Assembly (NCBI GenBank): GCA_963708185.1 | Contig: OY970195.1 | Coordinates: 348,004 to 412,003, forward strand | Direction: 5' to 3' | DNA from: Candidatus Peregrinibacteria bacterium | GTDB taxonomy: Bacteria > Patescibacteriota > Gracilibacteria > UBA1369 | Length of the DNA: 64,000 nucleotides | In this document: positions 42,121 to 51,402 of the stretch, piece after piece | Position numbering within the stretch: the first letter of the stretch is position 1 | Layout: every line of letters begins with the position of its first letter | The notes under the pieces: model-generated | The model's input: the letters and a program-made list of their open reading frames with translations, nothing else | Told to the model about the DNA's origin: nothing | The model's database searches: none | Translations under genes and position numbers: made by a program

Positions 42121-43698
42121 ATGTTTCACTCGATTAAAACAAAACTCGTCCTTACGATCAGCGCACTCATCATTGTGCTGCTGAGTGCTGCGGCGATCGT
42201 GCTGGTCGGAGAAAAACAGAAAGAACTGACGAAGGACATCTTTGACCGTGCTCATTCATTTGCAGAACTTACGGCGGAGAACATCGTCGGGGATTATAAC
42301 CTGTACCTCACTCAGAACAGCTTTGTTTATTTTAACCGTAATATCCAGGACACTTTTGCCCGTGACGTTGACGTCGCGTCGATTCAGGTTGTTGGATACG
42401 GAGGGAATGTCGTTTACGATTCCGCCACCGAAAAAGATAAACAGTATGAAGGTCCCGATCGCACGATCAAGGATCAGAATCTGCTGGAAGAGGTAAAATC
42501 ACGCAATGCTTCGGTGAAGACTCTCGATACCAATCGCGTGGTGTATTTGAAAAAGAACGCCGACGGAAGCTTCAGCGCCGTGGATTTCAATGAGAACCCG
42601 GTCAAGGACCTGGCTCCCGACGAAAAGATCATGTATCTCGTCCAGCCGGCCACCAACGATTTTGCCGTAGTATACGGGATTACGTATCAGGCCTTACAGG
42701 ATCGCATCAACCAGACCACGATGCGCATCCTGCTTTTGGCGATCTTCGGCGTCGGCGTCGGCATTCTCATGGCGATTTTGTACGCCGGAACCATCACCAA
42801 GCCCATTGAAAAATTGAAGGAAGGCGCCGGCATCATCGCGACAGGTAAATTCGATTTCCGCGTCGACATCAAAACGAAGGACGAACTTGAAACTCTTGCG
42901 AATTCGTTCAACAAGATGGCCGCGGACCTGGAAGTCAGTACCAAAGCTCTTGTCTATAAAGAACGCGTGGCAAAGGAACTCGAGCTTGCCGGAAAGATCC
43001 AGAAACAACTTCTGCCAAAACAGATGCCGAAAGTGCCCGGTCTCGATATCTCGGCGGGACTTTTACCGGCCGAAGAAATCGGTGGTGACTGTTACGATTT
43101 TATCCCGGTGGCACCCGACAGACTGGTCATGTATATCGGTGACGTGACAGGACACGGTGTTCCGTCGGGTATCGTCGTGTCCATCGCCAACGCGTTGGCT
43201 TATCATCTCGCCGATAAGGAAGATATCTTGAACACGATGATCAGCATGAATAAAGTCATCAAGCAGAAGACCGCTTCAAACATGTTCCTGACCATGGTCA
43301 TGATGGACTGGAATTCCACGACGAACCAGCTTCATTTTGTGAATGCCGGTCATGAACAGATGATCCACTACCACGCGGCGGACAAGAAGGTCACACTCAC
43401 TCCTCCGGGAGGTCTGGCGCTCGGTATGTTTCCCGATATCGGGAAGTTATTGAAACTTCAGGAGATTCAGATGGAAAAAGGTGACGTCCTGGTGATGTAT
43501 TCTGACGGTATTCCGGAATCATGGAAGAATGAGACCGAGATGTACGGCATGGGACGTTTTAAACGCGCGGTTGCCGACTCCAGCGACCTGCCGACGGCGA
43601 TCTCCATCCGTAACGCCCTGCTTGCCGACGTCAAAGAGTTCAGCGGGAAGTGGAAACAAATGGATGATATTACCTTGATCGTTCTGAAGAGGACCTAG
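42121..43698 (+). CDS. membrane sensor with extracytoplasmic domain, HAMP and PP2C/SpoIIE-type phosphatase (RsbU-like)
   Basis: 525 aa with two TM helices flanking a ~170-aa outer domain. HAMP is KPIEKLKEGAGIIATGKFDF...LANSFNKMAADLE. PP2C is GGDCYDF, IGDVTGHGVPSG, and YSDGIPE. Confidence 0.85.
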   Translation: MFHSIKTKLVLTISALIIVLLSAAAIVLVGEKQKELTKDIFDRAHSFAELTAENIVGDYNLYLTQNSFVYFNRNIQDTFARDVDVASIQVVGYGGNVVYDSATEKDKQYEGPDRTIKDQNLLEEVKSRNASVKTLDTNRVVYLKKNADGSFSAVDFNENPVKDLAPDEKIMYLVQPATNDFAVVYGITYQALQDRINQTTMRILLLAIFGVGVGILMAILYAGTITKPIEKLKEGAGIIATGKFDFRVDIKTKDELETLANSFNKMAADLEVSTKALVYKERVAKELELAGKIQKQLLPKQMPKVPGLDISAGLLPAEEIGGDCYDFIPVAPDRLVMYIGDVTGHGVPSGIVVSIANALAYHLADKEDILNTMISMNKVIKQKTASNMFLTMVMMDWNSTTNQLHFVNAGHEQMIHYHAADKKVTLTPPGGLALGMFPDIGKLLKLQEIQMEKGDVLVMYSDGIPESWKNETEMYGMGRFKRAVADSSDLPTAISIRNALLADVKEFSGKWKQMDDITLIVLKRT

Positions 43699-43699
43699 T

Positions 43700-44950
43700 C
43701 TAGGCTTTCACGCCCGGTACCGGAAACTTATTGCAGAGTTCTTTCACTGCGGCGTTGACGTGCGAAAGTTTGGACTCGTCCTGCCAGTTGGCAATGACGT
43801 CATTGATCCAGGAAGCGATCTGTTTCATCTCGGCTTCTTTCATGCCGCGGGTGGTCACGGCGGGCGTTCCGAGACGGATGCCGCTCGGGTCCATCGGACT
43901 GCGCGTTTCGAACGGAACGGTGTTTTTGTTGCAGGTGATTCCGGCTTTGTCCAGCGCTTCTTGGGCCTGTTTCCCCGTGACGTTTTTGTTGGTGAGATCA
44001 ACGAGCATAAGATGGTTTTCCGTGCCGTTGGAAACGATCTGGAATCCGAACTTCATGAGGTCGTCAGCCAGGACTTTGGCGTTGGCGAGAATCTGTTTGG
44101 CGTAATCTTTGAATCCAGGTTCAAGCGCCTCCTTGAAGGCAACGGCCTTGGCGGCGATGATGTGGTCGTGGGGTCCTCCCTGCAACCCCGGGAAGACGGC
44201 GCGGTCGATGGCTTTGGCGAATTTTTCCTTGCACATGATCATGGCGCCGCGGGGGCCGCGGAGCGTTTTGTGGGTCGTCGTGGTCACGACGTCGAAGTAG
44301 GGGACCGGGGAGTCGATGATCCCCGCGGCAATGAGTCCGGCGATGTGGGCGATGTCGGCCATGGTTAAAGCGCCGACCTCATCGGCGATCTCTTTAAATT
44401 TTTTCCAGTCCAGATTGCGGGAATAGGCGGAAAATCCCGCAACGATCATCTTGGGTTTGTGTTCAAGGGCAAGTTGACGGACCTCATCCATATCGATAAT
44501 ACCGGTCTCTTTTTTGACACCGTAGCCGATGAAGTTGTAGGACTTTCCAGAAAAGCTGATGGGCAACCCGTGGGTGATGTGTCCGCCGTGATCGAGTTTC
44601 ATGCCGAGGACGGTGTCACCGTAATTCAACAGTGCGAAATAGACCGCCGTGTTGGCCGGGCTTCCAGAGTAAGGCTGGACGTTGATGTGGTCGGCACCAA
44701 AGAGTTGTTTGGCTCGATCGATGGCCAGGTTTTCCACGACGTCGACGTATTCCTGTCCGCCATAATAACGTTTGCCGGGATAACCTTCCGAATATTTGTT
44801 GGTTAATAGCGACCCCATGGCTTCAAGGACCGGAACCGAAACGTAGTTTTCCGAAGGAATGAGTTCCATTCCGTCGCTCTGGCGTTGTTCCTCATGTTTA
44901 ATAGCATCGTAGATCTTTTGATCGTACGACTTTAGGTGGAGCATTTCCAT
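43700..44950 (-). CDS. glyA: serine hydroxymethyltransferase
   Basis: 416 aa. Carries [18 protein letters not shown] and [16 protein letters not shown] (PLP Lys). Confidence 0.97.
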   Translation of the reverse strand: MEMLHLKSYDQKIYDAIKHEEQRQSDGMELIPSENYVSVPVLEAMGSLLTNKYSEGYPGKRYYGGQEYVDVVENLAIDRAKQLFGADHINVQPYSGSPANTAVYFALLNYGDTVLGMKLDHGGHITHGLPISFSGKSYNFIGYGVKKETGIIDMDEVRQLALEHKPKMIVAGFSAYSRNLDWKKFKEIADEVGALTMADIAHIAGLIAAGIIDSPVPYFDVVTTTTHKTLRGPRGAMIMCKEKFAKAIDRAVFPGLQGGPHDHIIAAKAVAFKEALEPGFKDYAKQILANAKVLADDLMKFGFQIVSNGTENHLMLVDLTNKNVTGKQAQEALDKAGITCNKNTVPFETRSPMDPSGIRLGTPAVTTRGMKEAEMKQIASWINDVIANWQDESKLSHVNAAVKELCNKFPVPGVKA

Positions 44951-45000
44951 AGGGTTGAGAGTTAAAAGGCAAAAGATAAAAGCTTTTTGTTCCCGTTTCG

Positions 45001-45594
45001 TTACGGTTTGAGCCCTTTTCTCCTGACTTTTAAGGTTTTTTGTTCGGTGATGATCATGTCCATGGGAACGTCGTGCGGGTCACCTGAAATATTCTTCACT
45101 ATTTGGAATCCGTATGCAATGCCAATTTTCGGGCAAATGGTTTTTTTGAGGAGTCGGTCGTAAAATCCTTTGCCGTAGCCTATTCTGTGGCCATCCAAAC
45201 CGAAGACGACTCCTGGAACCAGTACCAGGTCAAGGCCAGAAGGTTTCACCGTCGGGAGATGTTTTTTCGGTTCGGTAACGTTGAATTTCCCTTTCGAGGT
45301 ATGGGTGAGATTTTTTATCAGGTGCAGTTCGAGTGTTTTTCCCTTCACGCGGGGAAGGAAAAAAGTTTTCTTTTTTGAGAATTTTCCGAAAAGTCCTGTC
45401 AGATCCACTTCGCCATGAACGGGAAGGTAGAACAGAACGTTTTTTGCTTTTTTGAAGGCCGCTAGCGACGAGATTTTTTTGATAATTTTTTGATCTTTGT
45501 CCTTTTTTTGGGTAGTATGCTGACTCTTTCGCAGGAAAAGTTTTTCTGAGCGTAACCTTTGTTTCACTTCAGGTGGTGGTGAAGGGGTGAACAC
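45001..45594 (-). CDS. 5-formyltetrahydrofolate cyclo-ligase family protein
   Basis: 197 aa. [27 protein letters not shown] is the family signature. It lies next to glyA. Confidence 0.85.
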   Translation of the reverse strand: MFTPSPPPEVKQRLRSEKLFLRKSQHTTQKKDKDQKIIKKISSLAAFKKAKNVLFYLPVHGEVDLTGLFGKFSKKKTFFLPRVKGKTLELHLIKNLTHTSKGKFNVTEPKKHLPTVKPSGLDLVLVPGVVFGLDGHRIGYGKGFYDRLLKKTICPKIGIAYGFQIVKNISGDPHDVPMDMIITEQKTLKVRRKGLKP

Positions 45595-45651
45595 ACTGAT
45601 TTAAACATATTTCCGCTTTAAATAATATTATTATTTTAATACATCAAACCT

Positions 45652-46983
45652 ATGGATACGAAAAAATTGGTACCTCTTGTGGTGCTGTTGGGTTTTCTTT
45701 CCGGCGTCGCCGGGGGATTTGTTTCCCAGAACCTTGTGGTCAGCAGGCTGGGAGGTTTTGGAGTGCCGTCCTCTCCGACGCAGCAACAGGCAGTTGAACA
45801 AAAAAGCTACGTTGAGGAATCTCAGGCCATCGACGCGACGAAGAAAGCCGGCGCTTCGGTCGTTTCGATCGTGGCTTCCGAGGACCTGAAGATCTACAAC
45901 AATCCTCAGTCTTATGACTCCAACAGTCCGTTCAACGATCCTTTCTTTTTCAGTTTCCCCGGTTTTAACCAGCCGGCGCCCGACACCAATCAGCAAAACC
46001 AGCAGGGAAACAGCGGAGGATCTTCGCAGAACTATCAGGTCCAGAAACAGAAAGTCGGTGGAGGTTCCGGATTCATCATCAGTGAGGATGGGCTTGTTTT
46101 GACCAACCGTCATGTGATCTCCGATCAGAACGTCGAATATACCATCATCACCAACGATGGTACCGAATACGACGGAGAGGTGGTGAGCATTGATCCTTTC
46201 AGCGATATTGCGGTTCTTCAGATGGTGACCAAGGGAGAGCTGAGCAAGAAAAAAGAGGACCGCACGAAACTGAGCGGACTTCCGGTGATCGTATTCGGCG
46301 ATTCGTCGCAGCTCCAGTCAGGACAGAAAGTTCTGGCGATCGGGTACGCGCTGGGTCAGTATGAGAATACGGTGACTGAAGGCATTATCAGCGGGAAAGG
46401 CCGTCAGATTACCGCCGATGATCCTTCACGCGGTCCGGAAACGCTTTCGGACCTGCTCCAGACCGATGCCGCCATCAATCCCGGGAACAGCGGCGGTCCT
46501 CTCGTCAATCTTGACGGACAGGTGGTCGGAGTCAACGTCGCCATCGATCAGACGGGCAGCAACATAGGTTTTGCCATTCCTATCAACGACGTGAAACCTG
46601 TTCTGGCCAGTATCCAGAAGTATGGGCGTATTGTCCGTGCCACCCTTGGCGTCCGTCATATTATTTTGACCAAGGAAAAGGCCAAACAGCTCCAGATTGA
46701 CGTAGATCACGGCGCTTTGCTGACGGGGGATGAAGCCAACGGTGAGTTCGCGGTCATTCCCGGAAGTGCCGCGGATAAAGCCGGACTCAAGATCAAAGAC
46801 GTTATTTTGAGTGTTGACGGGAAAGATATCACGACCGATTACACCCTTCAGGATGCGATCATGACCAAACAGCCCGGAGATACCATTGATATGCAGGTAT
46901 GGAGAAGCGGAAAGACCATTGACGTCAAAGCCACTTTGACCGAAGCCAAAGATGAAGCGGCGACGATCAACGCGAAGGCCTGA
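45652..46983 (+). CDS. htrA: HtrA/DegP-family serine protease with a PDZ domain
   Basis: 443 aa. Carries LTNRHVI (His), DIAVLQ (Asp) and GNSGGPLVNLDGQVVGVN (Ser). PDZ: KAGLKIKDVILSVDGKDI. Confidence 0.93.
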   Translation: MDTKKLVPLVVLLGFLSGVAGGFVSQNLVVSRLGGFGVPSSPTQQQAVEQKSYVEESQAIDATKKAGASVVSIVASEDLKIYNNPQSYDSNSPFNDPFFFSFPGFNQPAPDTNQQNQQGNSGGSSQNYQVQKQKVGGGSGFIISEDGLVLTNRHVISDQNVEYTIITNDGTEYDGEVVSIDPFSDIAVLQMVTKGELSKKKEDRTKLSGLPVIVFGDSSQLQSGQKVLAIGYALGQYENTVTEGIISGKGRQITADDPSRGPETLSDLLQTDAAINPGNSGGPLVNLDGQVVGVNVAIDQTGSNIGFAIPINDVKPVLASIQKYGRIVRATLGVRHIILTKEKAKQLQIDVDHGALLTGDEANGEFAVIPGSAADKAGLKIKDVILSVDGKDITTDYTLQDAIMTKQPGDTIDMQVWRSGKTIDVKATLTEAKDEAATINAKA

Positions 46984-47003
46984 TACTTTTAATTTACAAC
47001 CAA

Positions 47004-47038
47004 ACGGCCTCCCCATTCTGCCGGGGAGGCCGTTTTTG
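47004..47038 (+). terminator. intrinsic terminator after htrA
   Basis: ACGGCCTCCCC, loop ATTCTGCC, GGGGAGGCCGT, then TTTT. Confidence 0.7.
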
Positions 47039-47056
47039 TGCCGCTGGAATATCGTC

Positions 47057-47084
47057 TTGAGATTTTTTCGTAATTCGCTAAAAT
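47057..47084 (+). promoter_or_regulatory. candidate promoter TTGAGA-16-TAAAAT for tRNA-Leu
   Basis: TTGAGA at 47057-47062 and TAAAAT at 47079-47084, about 33 nt upstream of the tRNA. Confidence 0.5.
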
Positions 47085-47117
47085 GGGTGAGCTTTTGGCG
47101 AAAGAGTTTCACGTCGT

Positions 47118-47204
47118 GCGCGGGTGGCGAAACTGGCAGACGCACTACCTTGAGGTGGTAGCGCCCGCAAGGGCATGGAGGTTCAAGTCCTCTCCCGCGC
47201 ACCA
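47118..47204 (+). tRNA. tRNA-Leu (anticodon GAG), long variable arm, CCA encoded
   Basis: Acceptor GCGCGGG/CCCGCGC, anticodon stem CTACC/GGTAG with loop TTGAGGT, T-loop TTCAAGT, 87 nt. Confidence 0.9.
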
Positions 47205-47207
47205 GGA

Positions 47208-47622
47208 TCATTCATCGGAATGGTCTTTTTTTTCACGGAGTTTTTTCCGCAATTTTTCATCCAGGACGCACATTTCTTCGTCGTTATATCCGAAGTAGTG
47301 GGCGATTTCGTGCATGAGGACTTCCTGGATGAGATTTTTCAGCTTCTCCCAGGTCCCGAGAGTTCCGGACGATGGGTTCCTGGAAGATGCTTATTTTACT
47401 CGGCTGGTCGCCCATTGTGGCCTGCCCCCACTGCGGTTTGGGGACGCCGTCAAAAAGTCCCAGCAGATTCCCGTGAACCCGGGCTCTCTGGAGTTGGGCG
47501 GCGGTGGGGTTTCTTTCGATGCGGATGGAAACATTTTGCATTTCGAACTTGAAGTGCACCGGGATGTTTTTCCAGGCGTCCGTGAGAAGGTCTTCGAACT
47601 GTTCGTCGGTTATTTCGAGCAT
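47208..47622 (-). pseudogene. DUF1025-type zinc metallopeptidase-like protein, interrupted by a +1 frameshift in this sequence (true pseudogene or indel error)
   Basis: Frame 1 reads MLEITDEQFEDLL...LLGLFDGVP...ISIFQEPIVRNS. Frame 2 continues TWEKLKNLIQEVLMHEIAHYFGYNDEEM...DE*, which carries the HExxH motif. The junction is at the CCC/GGG run near 47355-47357. The length of 415 nt is not a multiple of 3. Confidence 0.65.
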
Positions 47623-47632
47623 GTTTTGCGGT

Positions 47633-48096
47633 CTATTGTTTCTGTTGTTTTTTGAGCTTGCGTTGGCAGTCCTGACATAATCCCATGAATTCGAGGTAGT
47701 GGGAGTCCACGCGGAATTTTTTCCGGGTCTCGATTTTTTTTTCGAGTTTGGACATGTCTTCTCCTTCGATTTCATCGATTTTGTGACAGTTCCTGCAGAG
47801 GAGGTAATGATGACAGCGGACTTTTTTCCCGCCGAATTCGTCGGTATTGCAATGGATGTAGCCGTTGACGGCAAGCACTTTGTGCACGAGCGAGAGTTTC
47901 TCAAGGGTTTCAAGCACGCGGTAGATCGTTACGACGTCAGCCTTGATCTTTCTTTTTTTGAGAAGATCGCGCATGTCGTAGGGAGAAAGCGCCTTGTCGG
48001 TCTTGGCGAGAAGTTCGATGATGGTTTTGCGCTGTTCGGTGATCTTGAGCCGGCCTCCTTGAGCGCTTTTAAGGCAAAAGCTGTGTAGTGTTTCAT
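47633..48096 (-). pseudogene. fur: Fur-family metalloregulator, N-terminal helix in a different frame (-1 frameshift, or indel error)
   Basis: The 113-aa ORF carries VTIYRVLETLEKLSLVHK, HHYLLCRNCHKIDEI and GLCQDCQ. The expected N-terminus MKHYTAFALKALKEAG (ATG at 48096) joins ...LKITEQRKTIIELL only after a frame change near 48047-48055. The length of 464 nt is not a multiple of 3. Confidence 0.7.
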
Positions 48097-48104
48097 GAAA
48101 TATT

Positions 48105-48126
48105 TATAAATCGGATATTATTTATA
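48105..48126. promoter_or_regulatory. inverted repeat TATAAAT-N8-ATTTATA, candidate Fur-family operator in the divergent intergenic region
   Basis: A perfect 7-nt inverted repeat between the fur start (48096) and the permease promoter (48140-48167). Confidence 0.35.
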
Positions 48127-48139
48127 CCATAGTTTGGAT

Positions 48140-48167
48140 TTGCAGGACATAGCGGTTGTTCTATAAT
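48140..48167 (+). promoter_or_regulatory. candidate promoter TTGCAG-16-TATAAT for the permease operon
   Basis: TATAAT at 48162-48167 ends 6 nt before the ATG at 48174, so the mRNA may be leaderless. This excludes the track start at 48156. Confidence 0.45.
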
Positions 48168-48173
48168 GTTGAT

Positions 48174-49085
48174 ATGTTTGCATTCCCGAGTCAGTTCAAC
48201 GACGCACTTACCATTTTTCTGGGGATCATCGTCCAGGCAATTCCTTTTTTGCTTATCGGTGTCATCGTCTCGGCGTTATTAGCCCATTTTGTTCGGGAAG
48301 AATGGCTGCTTCGTCTTATTCCCAAGAACCGTTTCGGAGCCGTTCTGGTCGCTTGCGGCCTTGGGTTCTTGTTCCCGGTATGCGAATGCGGAAACGTTCC
48401 CGTGGCGAGACGGTTTATCCAAAAAGGAGTATCACCAGCCGTCGCTTTGACTTTTTTGCTTTCGGCTCCAGCCTTGAACCCGGTCGTCATTTTTGCCACG
48501 TGGGCCGCTTTTAAAAATCAGCCGGAGGTTTTGTTGTTCCGAGTCGTTTTCACTTTCGTGATCGCTGCGGGCATCGGTCTTCTCTTCAGTTTCCATCCAA
48601 AGCAGGAAACTCTGCTCGCGAAACACGATTTTTTCCATAAAGACACCCTGAAATGCGACTGTTTTCACGGGAAGCATGTCTCAAAGTTTTTCAGTTTTTT
48701 TTCGACGGTCGTTCATGAATTCCTGGAGATGCTCTCGATTTTGGCTTTCGGTGCTTTTTTGGCATCTTTTCTGCAGGTCGTTATTCCGAGGGATTTGCTT
48801 TTGATCGTCGGCAAAGGGCCCATCCTTTCGGTCATCGCCATGGTGGCTTTTGCGTTTCTCCTTTCCGTTTGCGCCAACGTGGACGCTTTTATTGCACTTT
48901 CCTATTCAAATTTGTTTACCGTTGGTTCACTCGTGGGGTTTTTGACTTTTGGTCCGATGATCGACCTCAAAAGCCTTTTTATGTTCAAGACGACCTTTAC
49001 TTGGAGGACGATTGGTTTCGTCGCTTTGCTGGCGTTGCTTTTGACGTTCCTGTTTTGTTTCGGACTTAACGTGTTTCTTTATTGA
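48174..49085 (+). CDS. COG0701/UPF0718-type permease
   Basis: A multi-TM protein with FPVCECGNVPVARRF and a second half containing SVCANVDAF, typical of this permease family. Confidence 0.8.
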   Translation: MFAFPSQFNDALTIFLGIIVQAIPFLLIGVIVSALLAHFVREEWLLRLIPKNRFGAVLVACGLGFLFPVCECGNVPVARRFIQKGVSPAVALTFLLSAPALNPVVIFATWAAFKNQPEVLLFRVVFTFVIAAGIGLLFSFHPKQETLLAKHDFFHKDTLKCDCFHGKHVSKFFSFFSTVVHEFLEMLSILAFGAFLASFLQVVIPRDLLLIVGKGPILSVIAMVAFAFLLSVCANVDAFIALSYSNLFTVGSLVGFLTFGPMIDLKSLFMFKTTFTWRTIGFVALLALLLTFLFCFGLNVFLY

Positions 49086-49090
49086 TTTTG

Positions 49091-49849
49091 ATGAAAATGC
49101 ATCTGAAAAAAGTTATTCATAGTGTTCTTCCTCCCTTGCTGACGATCGGCTACGGGGCGTATCTGCTCTGGCTTTTTTTTTCAAAGAAGCTGTTCCTTTT
49201 TGTCCAGCAAAATTATATTTATTTGAGCTTGGTCAGCGGGCTTTTTCTGCTTTTTACCGGAGTCGTGGGAATGTACCATCTTGTCGTAGAACTTAAGCGG
49301 CGCCGTGAGGAAGATGCTTTGGATGTCACGCATGAAGGGTCATTGTATTTTGTTGTTTTGATCATTCCGCTGCTTTTGGCTTTTCTGGTTCCACTGAAGC
49401 CGCTTTCCAGTGCAACTGCCGCGTTGAGAAGCGGAGGCATCAATACCGATGCGGCTTATACGGCTCCGCAGCGAAATATCTCGATGTTCGACGTTGATAC
49501 GACAAACCGGACTATCGTTGATTGGATTCAGCTTTTTACCCAAGATCCGGAACCCGACCGTTATAAAGGCCTCAAGGTGAAACTGGATGGATTTGTCCTT
49601 CGTGACAGCAGTCTTCCCGAGAATTATTTCCTTGTTTCCAGGTTCGTCATCTCATGCTGTGCGGCGGACGCCAGACCGGTCGGTATTCCCGTACATTTTG
49701 ATCCTGCGAAATGGCAACTGAAGAACGACGATTGGGTCGAAGTCACCGGGACGCTCGACGCTGCAGAGATTCTTCAGGATCGGCAGCCGGTGGTCGAAGC
49801 CGAAAAGATACAACCTATTCCTGTGCCCGATAATCCCTATGCAAACTAA
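49091..49849 (+). CDS. TIGR03943/DUF1980-family membrane protein (partner of the COG0701 permease)
   Basis: Two or three N-terminal TM helices and a C-terminal domain with the VISCCAADARPVGIPV (CCAAD) signature. The ATG at 49091 is preferred to the TTG at 49082. Confidence 0.8.
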   Translation: MKMHLKKVIHSVLPPLLTIGYGAYLLWLFFSKKLFLFVQQNYIYLSLVSGLFLLFTGVVGMYHLVVELKRRREEDALDVTHEGSLYFVVLIIPLLLAFLVPLKPLSSATAALRSGGINTDAAYTAPQRNISMFDVDTTNRTIVDWIQLFTQDPEPDRYKGLKVKLDGFVLRDSSLPENYFLVSRFVISCCAADARPVGIPVHFDPAKWQLKNDDWVEVTGTLDAAEILQDRQPVVEAEKIQPIPVPDNPYAN

Positions 49850-51302
49850 ACGACTCACCATTCAGCAGTTTTTCGGCAGGTTGGCCACGTTGCTCGTGCT
49901 CCTGGCGATGGCGTGCGTCGTCCTGATCGTCGTCGGATTGAATGCGCCTCCCCGTGTCCTCGGGTATCAGTTGCTTCTGCCTTCCCAGGGAAGTACGCTG
50001 ACTCAGATTGTTATTACTTTCAACCGCCCGATGGACCGTCATTCCGTTGAGGGTGGATTCGAGATCACGCCTCAGGTTTCGGGAAAGTACAGCTGGTCGG
50101 GTCGCTCGTTCGTTTTTACACCGGATGAGACCCTTCAGTACGACCAGCATTTCGAGGTGAAACTCTCCGCGAACGCCGTTGACGAGGACGGCCGGCATCT
50201 TTCGGAAGATATGCGTTATGTTTTTAATACCCCGCAGCTGCAGTTTGTGTACGTCGGGGTGGATGGGGACGAAGCGGGGCGACTGGTTTTGAGTGATTTT
50301 GACGGAAAAGAAAGAGATATTCTGACCCCTGAAGGTCTCCACATCGACAAGTTCGCCGTGACCAATGACCGTCATGAGATTTATTGTCTCGGGTACACGG
50401 AAATCGTTGCTACGAATCACCGCGATGAACTTTACACCTTCAATTTGCAGACAAAAGAGTTTCATCAGCTCACCGATGACGCCAATTTCCTCAACAAAGA
50501 TTTTTTCCTTGATCCGACGGGTAAACATCTTTTACTTTCCAGGGTTCAGGTCAGTCCCGCCGGGGTTTACCTGACAAAGCAGGAAGCATGGATAGCTTCA
50601 ACCTCCGACAATGTTTTTCATAAGTTTTTGAACGGTGACGCGGTCGGTACCACTATGTTTTCTCCGGACGGTTCGTACATCCTTTACAAGAACCTTGACG
50701 GGAATTACGAGGTGGCCAAAGTTGACGCACAGGATGACAAAGCTTCCGTGTTCGTGGGGAATTATGACGATTCTTACGGCTTTCATCCTTTCAAGCCTCT
50801 TTTGATCTTCAACCGCTATGATACGACCGATCTTTTTTCCATGAATAATTTCATGTTCCTGTTTTCGGGAAACGGCAGCGTTCAAAAAATCGATTTTCAG
50901 CAGCCCGGTCTATCCCGTGATACGGTATTTTTGCCCAACGGAAAGGGTTTTGTCACCATTTTTTCCAAAAAGGACGAAGCTTTCGACGACAAGGACTCTT
51001 TTTATCCGCTGAGGATTTTTCATGTATATTATTACGATCTGGAAAGACAGACTATGGAACAGCTCACCAGCGACATGGATTTTTCCGAGGAGGGTCAGGC
51101 GATTTCTCCGGATTCGCGCTACGTGCTCTTTCAACGCTATGAAACTTTTGGTCCTGATGTGGTCATCGATCCGGCATATCGCAGCGTTACCGACAGCCTT
51201 GGCAACGTCCAAAGCGGAGGGGAGATCTGGAGGATGGATTTGCAGACCGAGCAGCTTGTGAAACTTCCGATGAAAGGAACCGACCTGGAATTTTTGCCCT
51301 AG
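49839..51302 (+). CDS. membrane-anchored protein with an Ig-like (SbsA-type) domain and TolB-like PD40 beta-propeller repeats
   Basis: 487 aa with an N-terminal TM helix. ITFNRPMDRHSVEGGFEITPQVSGKYSW...FVFTP is Ig-like. The PD40-like repeats are FSPDGSYILY and ISPDSRYVLF. Confidence 0.7.
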   Translation: MQTKRLTIQQFFGRLATLLVLLAMACVVLIVVGLNAPPRVLGYQLLLPSQGSTLTQIVITFNRPMDRHSVEGGFEITPQVSGKYSWSGRSFVFTPDETLQYDQHFEVKLSANAVDEDGRHLSEDMRYVFNTPQLQFVYVGVDGDEAGRLVLSDFDGKERDILTPEGLHIDKFAVTNDRHEIYCLGYTEIVATNHRDELYTFNLQTKEFHQLTDDANFLNKDFFLDPTGKHLLLSRVQVSPAGVYLTKQEAWIASTSDNVFHKFLNGDAVGTTMFSPDGSYILYKNLDGNYEVAKVDAQDDKASVFVGNYDDSYGFHPFKPLLIFNRYDTTDLFSMNNFMFLFSGNGSVQKIDFQQPGLSRDTVFLPNGKGFVTIFSKKDEAFDDKDSFYPLRIFHVYYYDLERQTMEQLTSDMDFSEEGQAISPDSRYVLFQRYETFGPDVVIDPAYRSVTDSLGNVQSGGEIWRMDLQTEQLVKLPMKGTDLEFLP

Positions 51303-51402
51303 TGTGAAGGTTTTATTTTGATTTTACGCTTCGTGGTGGTAACATGTTGGCAAGTTTTTTCGATGCGTCTGCGTCGTTCCAGCAAGTTACCCCGGCTGAC
51401 GT

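Noticed and set aside
46426-47211. 261-aa minus-strand ORF
   Set aside because: It is antisense to htrA and runs through the terminator and tRNA-Leu(GAG). It is Arg/Gly-rich junk.
49815-50528. 237-aa minus-strand ORF
   Set aside because: It is antisense to the Ig/TolB-like gene and has no motifs.
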